Source: an uncultured Thermoplasmata archaeon (GTDB taxonomy: Archaea > Thermoplasmatota > Thermoplasmata > RBG-16-68-12). Taken from it: DNA of 64,000 bases. Shown in pieces: positions 32,668-42,487 of the stretch (its first letter is position 1; every line of letters begins with the position of its first letter). The position numbers and the translations under genes are program-made. The notes beneath the pieces were generated by a model, which was given only the letters and a program-made list of their open reading frames with translations, made no database searches and was not told the DNA's origin. The stretch lies in contig CAVYJM010000006.1 in NCBI GenBank assembly GCA_963768855.1, positions 1,063,195-1,127,194 of the forward strand. Direction: 5' to 3'.

Positions 32668-34200
32668 ATGATCCGGCGCCTCCTCATTGCGAACCGGGGT
32701 GAGATCGCGATCCGCATTGCGCGGACCGCGCGGGAAATGGGAATCACGTGCATAGGCGTGTACTCGGAGGCGGACCGGGACGCGCTGCACCGAAAGGCGA
32801 TGGACGAGACGGTCGAGATTGGCGGACCCCTCCCCGCGGACAGCTACCTCAACGCACGGAGCCTCCTGAAGGCAGCGAAGGGCACGCGGGCGGACGCGGT
32901 TCATCCGGGCTACGGTTTCCTCTCGGAGAGCGCAGGGTTCGCCGAAGCGTGCAAGGAGGCCGGCCTCGTGTTCATCGGACCCGGCCCGAAGGCGATGTCC
33001 CTCTCCGGGGACAAGATCGCGTCGCGCAAGGCGATGCGCGCCGCGGGGGTGCCGGTGACGCCGGGCATGGATCGCGTCGTGCGGTCCGTCGACGAGGCCG
33101 GCGAGATCGCGGCCCGCCTCGGGTACCCGGTAATGTTCAAGGCCACTGCGGGCGGCGGCGGGATCGGCATGTCCCGCGTCGACCGATCCTCGGACCTCCG
33201 GGCCGCCTTTGAATCCGCGCAGTCGGTCGCTCGCGCGAACTTCGGGAATCCGGACCTGTTCCTCGAGAAGTACATCGAACGTGCGCGGCACGTGGAGGTG
33301 CAGGTGCTGGTCGGCCGACGGGCACGGGGCCTGCACTTCGGCGAGCGGGAGTGCAGCGTCCAGCGGAGACACCAGAAGCTCGTGGAGGAGACGCCCGCAG
33401 CCTGCCTCACCCCCGCCCAGAGGCGGCGGCTGTGCGAGACGGCCGTGAAGGGCTTCCTCCGGATCGGCTACCGGAATGCGGGGACCGCGGAGTTCCTCTT
33501 CCATGACGGGAGGTTCACGTTCAACGAGATCAACGCCCGGCTCCAGGTTGAACACCCGATCACGGAGATGGTCACCCTCGTGGATCTGGTGCGGCAGCAG
33601 ATTCTCGTCGCATCCGGGCTGGATCCCGAGGTCTCCCAGAACGAAATCCACGGGCATGGTCACGCCATGGAGTGCCGCATCAACGCGGAGGATCCGCTTC
33701 GGAACTTCCTACCGTCGCCCGGCCGGATCGTCGGTTACCGGGAGCCTGCGGGCCACGGAGTCCGGGTGGACAGCGGCATCGCGGTCGGCTCCGTCGTCCC
33801 GCCGTTCTACGACCCGCTTCTCGCGAAGGTCATCGTCCGGGGTCGCACGCGCGCCGAGGTCGTCGATCGCATGGCCCGGACCGTCGCCGATTTCGAGGTC
33901 CTCGGGGTCAAGACGAACCTGCCCTTCCACGAAGCCCTCTTTCGGGAGCGGGCCTTCCAGAGGGGCGACCTCTGGACGACGATGATCTCGGACCTGCGGA
34001 TCGTCGAGCGGATGCACGGACGCGGCCCTCGGGAGGAACGTATCGCGGCGATCGCCGCAACCCTCGCGGCCGGGAGGGGGCCCGAGGCACTTGCCGGGGC
34101 GCTACCGCTCCAGCGGCTTCCGCCGCCGGCCTGGGCCCTGGCGGGTCGCAAGGATCTTCATGGAGGCGCCGATGCGATTCCGCATCACCGTCGACGGTGA
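32668..34200 (+). CDS. accC: Biotin carboxylase
   Basis: ANRGEIAIR, HPGYGFLSE, KATAGGGGIGM, ERECSVQRRHQK, EINARLQVEH, RINAEDP. Confidence 0.93.
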   Translation: MIRRLLIANRGEIAIRIARTAREMGITCIGVYSEADRDALHRKAMDETVEIGGPLPADSYLNARSLLKAAKGTRADAVHPGYGFLSESAGFAEACKEAGLVFIGPGPKAMSLSGDKIASRKAMRAAGVPVTPGMDRVVRSVDEAGEIAARLGYPVMFKATAGGGGIGMSRVDRSSDLRAAFESAQSVARANFGNPDLFLEKYIERARHVEVQVLVGRRARGLHFGERECSVQRRHQKLVEETPAACLTPAQRRRLCETAVKGFLRIGYRNAGTAEFLFHDGRFTFNEINARLQVEHPITEMVTLVDLVRQQILVASGLDPEVSQNEIHGHGHAMECRINAEDPLRNFLPSPGRIVGYREPAGHGVRVDSGIAVGSVVPPFYDPLLAKVIVRGRTRAEVVDRMARTVADFEVLGVKTNLPFHEALFRERAFQRGDLWTTMISDLRIVERMHGRGPREERIAAIAATLAAGRGPEALAGALPLQRLPPPAWALAGRKDLHGGADAIPHHRRR

Positions 34201-34666
34201 AGTCCATGACATTGAGGTCGAGGGCCTCGGCCCCCGCCTCGTAATCCGCGTCGACGGAGCGGAGTACCGGGCGCGCGTGGGGAGGGAATCCGCGGGGTCC
34301 GTCGTCCGGATCGGGCCGCGCCGACACCATGTGGTCATCCGGGGGAGCCAGGTCCTCGTGGACGGAACCGCCCACCGGGTGGAAACGGATTCCGTCGAGA
34401 GCACGGGGCCGGCGTCCGGGGTCAGCGGCACAGGTCGCGCCGTGGCCCTCGTGGAGGTCCGCCCCCCGATGCCGGGTCGGATCGTGAAGCTGCCCCTGGG
34501 CGTCGGGGCGACCGTGAAGCGCGGCCAGATCCTGGCCGTGCTCGAGGCGATGAAGATGCAGAACGAGATTCCCTCGCCCGCGGACGGCACCCTCCGGACG
34601 CTCGGAGTCAAGGAAGGCGAATCGATCTCCGGGGACCGAATCATCGCCGTGATTGAGACGCGCTGA
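34172..34666 (+). CDS. Biotin carboxyl carrier protein
   Basis: PMPGRI...LEAMKMQNEI biotinylation motif. Confidence 0.92.
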   Translation: MRFRITVDGEVHDIEVEGLGPRLVIRVDGAEYRARVGRESAGSVVRIGPRRHHVVIRGSQVLVDGTAHRVETDSVESTGPASGVSGTGRAVALVEVRPPMPGRIVKLPLGVGATVKRGQILAVLEAMKMQNEIPSPADGTLRTLGVKEGESISGDRIIAVIETR

Positions 34667-35288
34667 CCGCAGGCACCTTGAGGAGGTGTCGCATCTTCTG
34701 CTTCTTCGTGAGAAGGTACTGGAGGTTGGACTCCTTCGCCGGGACCTCGAGCGGGATGCGCTCGCTCACGCGCACGCCGTAGGCCTCGAGCTCCTCGATC
34801 TTCGCCGGATTGTTCGTCATGAGGCGCACGGACTTGATCCCGAGCGTCCTGAGCATGCACGCGGCGCACTTGTAGGTGCGGAGGTCCGCCGGGAAGCCGA
34901 GGAGCTGGTTCGCGGCCACCGTGTCGACGCCGTGATCCTGAAGATGGTAGGCCGCGATCTTGTTCGCGATGCCGATCCCGCGGCCCTCCTGGGCCAGGTA
35001 CAGGAGCACGCCCTGAGGAGATTCGCTGATCTTCTTCATCGCCGCGTCGAGCTGCTCGCCACAATCACACCGCTCCGACCCGAATACGTCGCCGGTCAGG
35101 CATTCGCTGTGCAGGCGGACCAGGACGTCCTCGCCTCCTGCGATGCGGCCCTTCACGAGGGCGACATGCTCCTCGCCGCTGAATGGGCACACGAAGGCGT
35201 GGATTCGGAACTGCCCATAGCGCGTCGGCAGGCGGGCACTCGACCCCAGGAGGATGCTGTCGCAGAGGGGTCCGTCTTGGTTCTTCAT
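34641..35288 (-). CDS. ribA: GTP cyclohydrolase II
   Basis: LPTRYG.F, VRLHSECLTGD.FGS.RCDCG, QEGRGIG, LMTNNPAK. Confidence 0.93.
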   Translation of the reverse strand: MKNQDGPLCDSILLGSSARLPTRYGQFRIHAFVCPFSGEEHVALVKGRIAGGEDVLVRLHSECLTGDVFGSERCDCGEQLDAAMKKISESPQGVLLYLAQEGRGIGIANKIAAYHLQDHGVDTVAANQLLGFPADLRTYKCAACMLRTLGIKSVRLMTNNPAKIEELEAYGVRVSERIPLEVPAKESNLQYLLTKKQKMRHLLKVPAVSASQSRR

Positions 35289-35351
35289 GGATGATTGCGA
35301 CGAGGGTCGCGCGCTATATAAGAATGCGGGCATGAACCACGAATTTGGTGC

Positions 35352-35882
35352 CTATCCGGTGAGGTGGGCGAAGACCAGCGCGGGGGCCGCGCCGAGGGCC
35401 GTGGCCGTCTCCAAGGAGAGCCCGCGACCGGTCAGGTCGAAGTGGTAGCGGCCGAGCGGGTAGATCTCGCGGTCGTCGAGCCCCCGGGGTCCGAGTCCGA
35501 ATACGAGGAGGATCGATCGTCCGCGCCGGAGCAGGTCGGCCAGCTCTCTCGCGGACGTCCGTTTCTTTGGGTCCGGCCGGTTCGTCGTGACGACGACCTC
35601 GCCAAGCTGCGGGGGGAACCCCTTCCGGGGGAACTCGAAGGGCTGGAATCGCCCCGCGGCCGCCAGCTCCTTCAGGTACTTGCCGTCCTCGCCGATGCTC
35701 GTGGTCCCGGCGACCCACTCCACGATTTCGAGCGGCGTGTCGAGCCCCGCCTCGTACGGAAAACCGAAGGTCGCGAGGTTCGCGTCAAAGGCCAGGGCCA
35801 CGGGCCCCGCGCGGGCCAGGGCACGGCGATGGGCCTCGTGGAACTTTACAGGGTCGTATGAGTTGTAGAGGCCGATCGTCAT
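35352..35882 (-). CDS. DUF531-family protein
   Basis: IGLYNSYD..KFHEAHRRA.ARA, FGLGPRGL, SLETATA. Confidence 0.75.
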   Translation of the reverse strand: MTIGLYNSYDPVKFHEAHRRALARAGPVALAFDANLATFGFPYEAGLDTPLEIVEWVAGTTSIGEDGKYLKELAAAGRFQPFEFPRKGFPPQLGEVVVTTNRPDPKKRTSARELADLLRRGRSILLVFGLGPRGLDDREIYPLGRYHFDLTGRGLSLETATALGAAPALVFAHLTG

Positions 35883-35963
35883 CCGCCCGCGGGGCATCCG
35901 CGGGCGCGATAGCCTCCGGACTATTTCGACCTGCCGCGTCGCCCGTGGCGACCCGTGAGGCGC

Positions 35964-36224
35964 TCAGCGAGCATCCGCCGGAGGGGAATTCTTCGGCCCG
36001 CCCTGGCGCAGGGCCAGGGCGGCCGCATAGAGTCCTCCGAACGTGACGGCCCCGATTAACGAGGTGCTCACCGTGTAGTCCGTCACGGGCCCGATGTTGT
36101 CGGGGAAGACCGCGGCGGTCAGCCAGAGCCCGAGCGTCAGGCCCGCGTAGAGGACCAGCGTCATCCAGGCGAACCGGCGTCCAAGATGAACCAGGGCTTC
36201 CTTGTCGGTTGGGTTCATGGGCAT
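35964..36224 (-). CDS. Small 2-TM protein
   Basis: Two hydrophobic helices; fills the intergenic gap. Confidence 0.6.
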   Translation of the reverse strand: MPMNPTDKEALVHLGRRFAWMTLVLYAGLTLGLWLTAAVFPDNIGPVTDYTVSTSLIGAVTFGGLYAAALALRQGGPKNSPPADAR

Positions 36225-36348
36225 CCGCTCCGACTCCCCATCGGCGTCGAGCTCTTGAGGGTTGCGGGTGAAAATTCAATTCCGAGGTCGGTTCGTGCAT
36301 GGGACCCGGGGACAGGTTGAATTCCCCGCGCGTCTTCCCCTCGGTCGC

Positions 36349-36819
36349 ATGGAGATGCTCTACTACACGGTCGACGGCGGTCGGCTGGCGGGGCTCCCCG
36401 GACCGGCCTACATGGAGTGGGACTACAGCCGCCTCCGGAAGATGGGCTTCTCGGTGGTCGTGAGCCTGGAGTGCACGCGACTGAACACCTTCGAGATCGA
36501 GGACGCGGGCTTCGAGCACCGCAAGATCTGCGTCGAGGACTTCATGTCCCCGACGTTCGACCAGGTCGACGAGTTCGTCGACTACGTCGAACGCAAGCTC
36601 GGCGAGGACAAGAAGGTCCTCGTCCACTGCTACGCGGGACGCGGACGGACGGGCACGATGCTCGCGGCCTACCTCATCCACCGGGGGATGACCGCCGAGG
36701 CGGCGATCCACGAAATCCGTGAGAAGGCCCAAGGCGCATACGGCACCTTGGTCGGAGTCATCGAGCCGGAGCAGGAGGAGACCCTGCTCCAGTACGAGCA
36801 TCGGGCCCGCACCGCCTGA
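36349..36819 (+). CDS. Dual-specificity/tyrosine protein phosphatase
   Basis: P-loop VHCYAGRGRTG; EDFMSP acid loop. Confidence 0.9.
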   Translation: MEMLYYTVDGGRLAGLPGPAYMEWDYSRLRKMGFSVVVSLECTRLNTFEIEDAGFEHRKICVEDFMSPTFDQVDEFVDYVERKLGEDKKVLVHCYAGRGRTGTMLAAYLIHRGMTAEAAIHEIREKAQGAYGTLVGVIEPEQEETLLQYEHRARTA

Positions 36820-36824
36820 TTAGG

Positions 36825-37877
36825 TCACTTCAGCGAGACGAGCTTCTCCCCGTCCCACTTGTATCGCCGCTGCTTGCGTTTCTTGTGGATTCCCTTCTGC
36901 AGGAGGTAGCCGATCAAGAGCGGGAGGCCGATCGTCGCGTCCACGTGGCTCTGGGCCATCTTCGCGTCCCGATGGAACTTCCCCCAGGACTGGCTCTCCT
37001 CGAACGTGCAGCCGCTCAGTCCGCCCCACTGGGGCATGTCCGTCGTGATCTGGGCGGCATACATGTGGGGGTTCTCCTCGTAGCCCATGACCTCGAGCAT
37101 CGGTTCCACCTGGGAGATGTAGTTCTTGGGCGTCCCGCCGCCGACGTAGAACACGCCCGTTCGGGGCGAGAGGGCCTTGACCTGGGCGATCTCGTAATTG
37201 TCCTGGATCGAGTCGATGGCGATCGGCGTCTTCCCCTTCCTGACCCGGAGGTAGTGGTGCTTCGCTAGGGCGATCCCGATCGACGAGTCGTTCAGCGCGG
37301 GGACGAAGTACGGGATCCCCTTGCGGTAGCAGGCGCCGACGAGGCTGTTCGGGTCCTTCGAGGCGATCTTGCCCATGTAGACGAGGAACTCCCGGGAGCT
37401 GTACGGCCGCGGCTCGAGGCCGTCCGCCAGTGCGGCGATCTCGTCGTCGCACTCCCGGAACAGGTCCTCGTCCGCGAGAGTGTCATAAACCCGGTCGAGG
37501 AAGTGCTCGCGGAGCATCATGTCGTCCGTCTCGGGATCGGTGGCCCAATGCCGGTGCCCGTGGGCCTCGTAGAAGTCGTGGTAGGCAATCGCGCCTGTCG
37601 TGACGACGACGTCGACCAGGCCGAACTCAACCATGTCCCGCATCACCTTCCGGAGCCCGCCCGGAGTCAGGGCGCCCGCCCCGCCAAAGAAGACCGTGCA
37701 CTGCGGGTCGGTCATCGCGTTTTCGAGAACGGACGCGCAGGTCCCCAGGGTGCGAGCCTGGAACGAGATGCGTTTGTAGCCGTCGACGAGGTCTGCGACG
37801 CTCTCCACCTTCGTGAGGTCGAGATGTTCGATCGGAACGGACGTGAGCTCTGCCTTGGTAGGCTTCTTCCCTGCCAT
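36825..37877 (-). CDS. dys: Deoxyhypusine synthase
   Basis: FQARTLG, VTTGA..YHD, DSSIG, GGGTPKNY, GGLSG.T..E..SWGK with catalytic Lys retained. Confidence 0.92.
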   Translation of the reverse strand: MAGKKPTKAELTSVPIEHLDLTKVESVADLVDGYKRISFQARTLGTCASVLENAMTDPQCTVFFGGAGALTPGGLRKVMRDMVEFGLVDVVVTTGAIAYHDFYEAHGHRHWATDPETDDMMLREHFLDRVYDTLADEDLFRECDDEIAALADGLEPRPYSSREFLVYMGKIASKDPNSLVGACYRKGIPYFVPALNDSSIGIALAKHHYLRVRKGKTPIAIDSIQDNYEIAQVKALSPRTGVFYVGGGTPKNYISQVEPMLEVMGYEENPHMYAAQITTDMPQWGGLSGCTFEESQSWGKFHRDAKMAQSHVDATIGLPLLIGYLLQKGIHKKRKQRRYKWDGEKLVSLK

Positions 37878-37928
37878 CGCCACCGCCGGCGCGGCGTATG
37901 CCGGGGGACGGGAAAAAGATTCGGTCCT

Positions 37929-38105
37929 TCAGTCTTTCTGCTTCTTCGGCCTCGAGCACACGGCGTACTCGTCGCCGTCCCAGAACACGTCCAGGTCCGG
38001 GTGCTGCCTCTGCAGTTCCTGGATCCGCTGCATCACATCTTTCAGGGTGATCGACTCGTCGTTGGGGTCGATCCGCAGGATGATGTGTTTCTCTTCTGCG
38101 CCCAA
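37929..38105 (-). CDS. 58-aa hypothetical protein missed by the ORF track
   Basis: TTG start; MGAEEKHIILRIDPNDESITLKDVMQRIQELQRQHPDLDVFWDGDEYAVCSRPKKQKD; strong GC3 bias; CTTATAC box on the minus strand near 38158. Confidence 0.7.
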   Translation of the reverse strand: MGAEEKHIILRIDPNDESITLKDVMQRIQELQRQHPDLDVFWDGDEYAVCSRPKKQKD

Positions 38106-38335
38106 AGCCCTGCCCCAACCCGAGTTTTATTCTGAGGATGAAATTCTTCAGTCCGTATAAGTACGTTTCCAACGGACGATATGCGTGGGGTCGGGGCGCC
38201 GCCCTCTCGGAGGGAACTAGAGCCTCCGCTGATACTGACATTGATACGGTTATATACCCTTCTGCGTCGTAGAGTGGCTCAGATCGAGTCGCTCGAGTCG
38301 GCACTCCGAGCTGGACCCTTCGAGGTACGGATGGC

Positions 38336-40561
38336 GTGGAGACGAAAGCGGATGCGGGTGGCCCCGCGACCGTGACCTGTCGCGTCTGCGGCGGCGAGGT
38401 GAACACCCGGGGTGAGTGCGTCGTCTGCGGGACGAAGCAGTCGGACCCCCAGGCGGCCTCGGCCGAGAACGGGCTCGCTTCCTGGCTGAAGGGCGATTCC
38501 GGCGAGAACGGGCTCAGCACTTGGATTGGATCCCCGGTCCCGCCACCGAACCAGGACGGCCGCGAGGATGCGCTCCGCAAGTGGCTCGCCGGCGAGGACA
38601 ACGCCTTCCAGGATTGGATCGGCACGGCGTCCGGCGGGACGGTCACCGCCTCCAAGGCCGCCAAGGCCACCGGACGCGTGCCGGATGAGAAGCTCCGGGA
38701 ACTCCGCTCGAAGGCCCTTGAGGCCGACGGGTTGCGGGCGGAACTCGAGTCCATGCGCACCACGCTCGCACGCGAGCTCGCGAACTTCCGCTCGGGTCGG
38801 TTCGACCCCGTTCAGTACATCGAGGAGGTCGCGGGCCTCTCCAAGCGGCTCGAGACCGAGATTGCACGGAGGAAGGAGCTCGAGCAGGAGATCGAGCACA
38901 TCAAGAAAGGCTCCATCGCGGTCATCAAGTACGTCAAGGGTCAGCAGCTGAAGGCCGGTCCCGCCCTCGACCTGAAGAAACGGATCGGCCAGGAGGTCGT
39001 ATCCCGCCAGCGGCTCCAGGCCGAGCTGGGCGAGCTGAAAGCCGTGAACGAGGCGCTCAAGGACAAGATCGAGGTCGGCCTCGCGAAGGTAAAGCCCTCT
39101 GAACGGGAGCTGAAGAAGCGGGACCTCGCCCTCGTCGAGCGGGAGGCGGCCCTCGCGGTAAGGGAGGCGTCCGGCGGTGCCCGAGCCGCGCCCGAATCGT
39201 TCGGCATCACGGTCGTCGATGAGGAACTGAAGCGGCGTCTCGAGGAGGAGCTCCGGGAGAAGGAGCATGAGTACCTCGAGAAGGAAGAGGACTTCAAGAG
39301 GCGGATCATCGCCCTCGAGGAGGAGAGAAACAAGGCACGGATCGAGGAGCAGCTCCGGGCGCAGGAGAAGGCCCTCGAGAACAAGCCGAAACGGGAGATC
39401 GAGGACGTCCTGCGCCGCAAGGAGCAAGAGCTCCTGAGCAAGGAGAAGAGCATGCTCCTTCGCGAGCAGGAGATCCAGCGGCTGCAGGAGGAGCTCGGGC
39501 TGAGGGAAGACGAGCTCAAGAAGCTCAAAGAGCCGCTCGCATTCAAAGAGGAGGAAATCCTGCGCCGCGAGCAGGACCTCACATACCGCGAGAACCGCCT
39601 CGAGGCTGAGCTCAAGAAGGCCGAGCAGGCGAAGGCCCAGGGTGGCACCACCGAGGAAGTCGATCTCAAGTCCCGCCTCGAGGAGCTCAAGGGCGAGATC
39701 ACTCAGAAGGAGGAAGAGGTCCGCAACAAGGAGAAGTACCTCCAGACGAAGATGGAGGAGCTACGCCTCCGCGAACAGGGCATGATTGAGGAGGAAATCG
39801 AGGCTCGGGCCGACGACCGGAAGACCGAGGTCAAGCAGCAGAAGGTCAAGACCGGGATCGCGCGCCTCGACGATTTGCTGTTCGGCGGCATCCCGTTCGG
39901 CTCCAACGTCTCCGTCTACGGCCCCGCGTATGTCGGCAAGGAGGTGCTCGTCAGCCTGTTCATGGCCGACGGCCTTAAGAAGGGCCTCCCGGTCCTCTGG
40001 ATTCTCACGGACAAGGGCCCCGCGGACATCCGCGAGGACATGGCCTTCGTTCTCCCCGACTACGAGGAGCGGGAGAAGCTCGGCCTTGTGCATTACATCG
40101 ACGCGTACTCGAAATCCATGGGCGCGGACACCGGCGACCCGAACACGACGTACATCGACGACCCGACGGACCACCAGGCCATCCTGAAGGCCACGGACAC
40201 GATCGCGGCGGAGTGGAAGCAGAAGCACCAGAGCTACCGTCTGGCGTTCCGCAGCGTGTCGACCCTCATCGCCTACCTCGATCCCACGACCACGTTCAAG
40301 TTCCTCCAGCCGTTCGTCGGCCGCCGCAAGCGGGACAAGGCGGTCGCGTTCTACGTGATCGAGAAGGGAATGCACGAGGAGCAGGAGATCCAGATGCTCG
40401 GGTCCCTCATGGACGGCTCGATCGAGTTCAAGGTCGAGCAGCTCAAGTCGTTCCTGAGCATCAAAGGCATCTGCGACGTGCAGAGCCGGAGCTGGATCCG
40501 CTACACGTACACGAAGAGCAGCGTGTCGATCGGTTCGTTCAGCCTGGACCACATCAAGTAA
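38336..40561 (+). CDS. Zinc ribbon + long coiled coil + degenerate KaiC/RAD55-like domain
   Basis: CRVCG..CVVCG; E/K/R-rich heptads; KTGIARLDDLLFGGIP, GPAYVGKE, RLAFRS. Confidence 0.85.
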   Translation: METKADAGGPATVTCRVCGGEVNTRGECVVCGTKQSDPQAASAENGLASWLKGDSGENGLSTWIGSPVPPPNQDGREDALRKWLAGEDNAFQDWIGTASGGTVTASKAAKATGRVPDEKLRELRSKALEADGLRAELESMRTTLARELANFRSGRFDPVQYIEEVAGLSKRLETEIARRKELEQEIEHIKKGSIAVIKYVKGQQLKAGPALDLKKRIGQEVVSRQRLQAELGELKAVNEALKDKIEVGLAKVKPSERELKKRDLALVEREAALAVREASGGARAAPESFGITVVDEELKRRLEEELREKEHEYLEKEEDFKRRIIALEEERNKARIEEQLRAQEKALENKPKREIEDVLRRKEQELLSKEKSMLLREQEIQRLQEELGLREDELKKLKEPLAFKEEEILRREQDLTYRENRLEAELKKAEQAKAQGGTTEEVDLKSRLEELKGEITQKEEEVRNKEKYLQTKMEELRLREQGMIEEEIEARADDRKTEVKQQKVKTGIARLDDLLFGGIPFGSNVSVYGPAYVGKEVLVSLFMADGLKKGLPVLWILTDKGPADIREDMAFVLPDYEEREKLGLVHYIDAYSKSMGADTGDPNTTYIDDPTDHQAILKATDTIAAEWKQKHQSYRLAFRSVSTLIAYLDPTTTFKFLQPFVGRRKRDKAVAFYVIEKGMHEEQEIQMLGSLMDGSIEFKVEQLKSFLSIKGICDVQSRSWIRYTYTKSSVSIGSFSLDHIK

Positions 40562-41011
40562 TCAGGCGATCTCCGGCGAACGCCCCCTCTTGGGCGGTGG
40601 AGTCGGCCCGGGGACCTGGACCTGGGGGATCGGGATAGGCGGAGGAAGCCGCAGTTCCCGGGCCAGGATGACGGTCTCGGGAAGACAGTTCGTCATGATG
40701 ACCGTGTGGATTTCTTGTGCGGTCTCCTGGGGCATCTGGCCGCCTGCGGACCACCCCTTGACGAGGGCCTTCGAGTCCCCTTCCCACGCGATCTGGCCCT
40801 CGATCTGGATGAGGCCGATGACGGCCTCCGCCGCGCGGTAGCTCGCGGTGAAGCGGAAATCGAGCTGGGCGGCGTTCGCCCCCGTCTCCGTGATCAGCGT
40901 GACCGTGCTGTTGTGGTCGACGCGGATGTTCCCCCAGCCCGCACCGATCTTGGTGAGACGACGGGCATCGAGGTTCGTGAAGTCGAAGGAGCGGACGGTC
41001 ATGGAAACCAC
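40562..41011 (-). CDS. Hypothetical protein (beta-rich, possibly SecB-like fold)
   Basis: Alternating beta pattern then C-terminal helix and PPPIPIP; GC3 bias; function unsupported. Confidence 0.7.
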   Translation of the reverse strand: MVSMTVRSFDFTNLDARRLTKIGAGWGNIRVDHNSTVTLITETGANAAQLDFRFTASYRAAEAVIGLIQIEGQIAWEGDSKALVKGWSAGGQMPQETAQEIHTVIMTNCLPETVILARELRLPPPIPIPQVQVPGPTPPPKRGRSPEIA

Positions 41012-41088
41012 CCGTACGAACGGCCCGCCTCGATATGAACTTTCCCGGTCCGCGGGCTTTATCCTTCCCGGGGCCTCTCCACGCCGGG

Positions 41089-42486
41089 ATGGTGCTCTGG
41101 GTCGGCGTGGATGACACGGACAGCCTCCGCGGGATGTGCACCACGTTCCTCGCGACGGAGATCGTCCGGGAGCTCACCCTCACGCGCGACCTGATCGGAT
41201 ATCCGCGGCTCGTGCGCCTCAACCCGAACATCCCCTGGAAGACTCGAGGGAACGGGGCGCTCGCGATGCGGTTCGGGCGCGGGACCGGGCGCCCGCAGGT
41301 CGTGGGCCACATCGGAGACCGCGTCATCCGGTCCTATCCGCGCGGCGCCGGCCACGAGGATCCCGAGGAGCTCCGAGCGCCCCTCGAGGACCTGATGAAG
41401 CGATGGTCCGTCTTCGACGATCCGACCACGAACCCCGCGTTCGCCGTCCTCGGCCGGCCGCCTCCGGCTTCACTCTACTGGAAAGCCGTCCGCCGAGTAG
41501 TCTCGAAGCGGGAGGCGCGGGACGCCGCGGCCCGATTGGGGGTCCTCCGCGGCTACAAGAACGGTCGCGGCATCATCGGCGCGACGGCGGCGATTGCGTG
41601 GCGACCGCGCGACCGAACCTACGAGGTTCTGGCCTACCGCCATCCGAGGTACTGGGGCCTGAGGCGGGAGATTGACGCCGCATCGGTGCAGGCCATGGAT
41701 CGTCGCTTCCGCTCGACGTTCAACAACTATGACTACCAGAACGATGCAGTCGTCATCGCGCCGCACTCCCCCTGCCCCGTCCTGTTTGGAGTCCGCGGGG
41801 ACGAACCGGGGTGCCTGCCCGCCGCCATGCGGACGATCCGGGGGGAGCGGCCTGAACGGTGGATGCTCTTCGAGACGAATCAGGGGACGGATGACCACGT
41901 GGCGTGGGATGACTGGTCGCTCCTCCCCTTCTCCGCGACCTCCGTCGAGGGCTGGGTGCGGTCGAAGCCCGTGACCCTCCCAGGCGGCCACGTCTTCTTC
42001 GATCTGGAGGGCCGGGAGTGGGTCACCGTGGGCGCGTACGAGCCGTCGAAGCAGTTCCGGGAGACCGTGCGAGCGCTGCGTCCCGGGGATCGGGTTCGGG
42101 TCGTCGGAAGCATCCGGGACGAGCCGCGGACCCTCAACCTCGAGCGGCTGGAGGTCCTCTCTCTCACGGAATCGTGGCGGAAGACCGCGAACCCCCGCTG
42201 CCCGGTGTGCGGGAAGTCGATGAAGTCCCGGGGCTACCAGGCGGGATTCCGGTGCCTTCGCGGTCATGCGGATGCGCCGCCCGGCTCCGTGGTTACCGAA
42301 CGCGAGGTCCGCGGCCTTGAGTTGGGGCTCTACGAACCCCCTGCCTCCGCGCGTCGCCATCTCGCGAAGCCCGTGAAGCGGATCCTGGGCACCGCGCCCC
42401 CGATCCGCATCAGGTCCGGTGCTGTCCCTCTGCAAGCCGTCCGGACGGGCCCCCTCAAGGCCCAACCGCGAGCTGCCGCGTCGTGA
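41089..42486 (+). CDS. tiaS: tRNA(Ile2) agmatinylcytidine synthetase
   Basis: VGVDDTDS..GMCTT, LVRLNPNIPWKTRGN, GRGIIGA, PCPVLFGVRG, TNQGTD, OB fold, CPVCG...C. Confidence 0.93.
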   Translation: MVLWVGVDDTDSLRGMCTTFLATEIVRELTLTRDLIGYPRLVRLNPNIPWKTRGNGALAMRFGRGTGRPQVVGHIGDRVIRSYPRGAGHEDPEELRAPLEDLMKRWSVFDDPTTNPAFAVLGRPPPASLYWKAVRRVVSKREARDAAARLGVLRGYKNGRGIIGATAAIAWRPRDRTYEVLAYRHPRYWGLRREIDAASVQAMDRRFRSTFNNYDYQNDAVVIAPHSPCPVLFGVRGDEPGCLPAAMRTIRGERPERWMLFETNQGTDDHVAWDDWSLLPFSATSVEGWVRSKPVTLPGGHVFFDLEGREWVTVGAYEPSKQFRETVRALRPGDRVRVVGSIRDEPRTLNLERLEVLSLTESWRKTANPRCPVCGKSMKSRGYQAGFRCLRGHADAPPGSVVTEREVRGLELGLYEPPASARRHLAKPVKRILGTAPPIRIRSGAVPLQAVRTGPLKAQPRAAAS

Positions 42487-42487
42487 C

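Noticed and set aside
38231-38248. TGATAC-TGACAT-TGATAC short direct repeats before the TATA box
   Set aside because: Too short and seen only once; could be chance.
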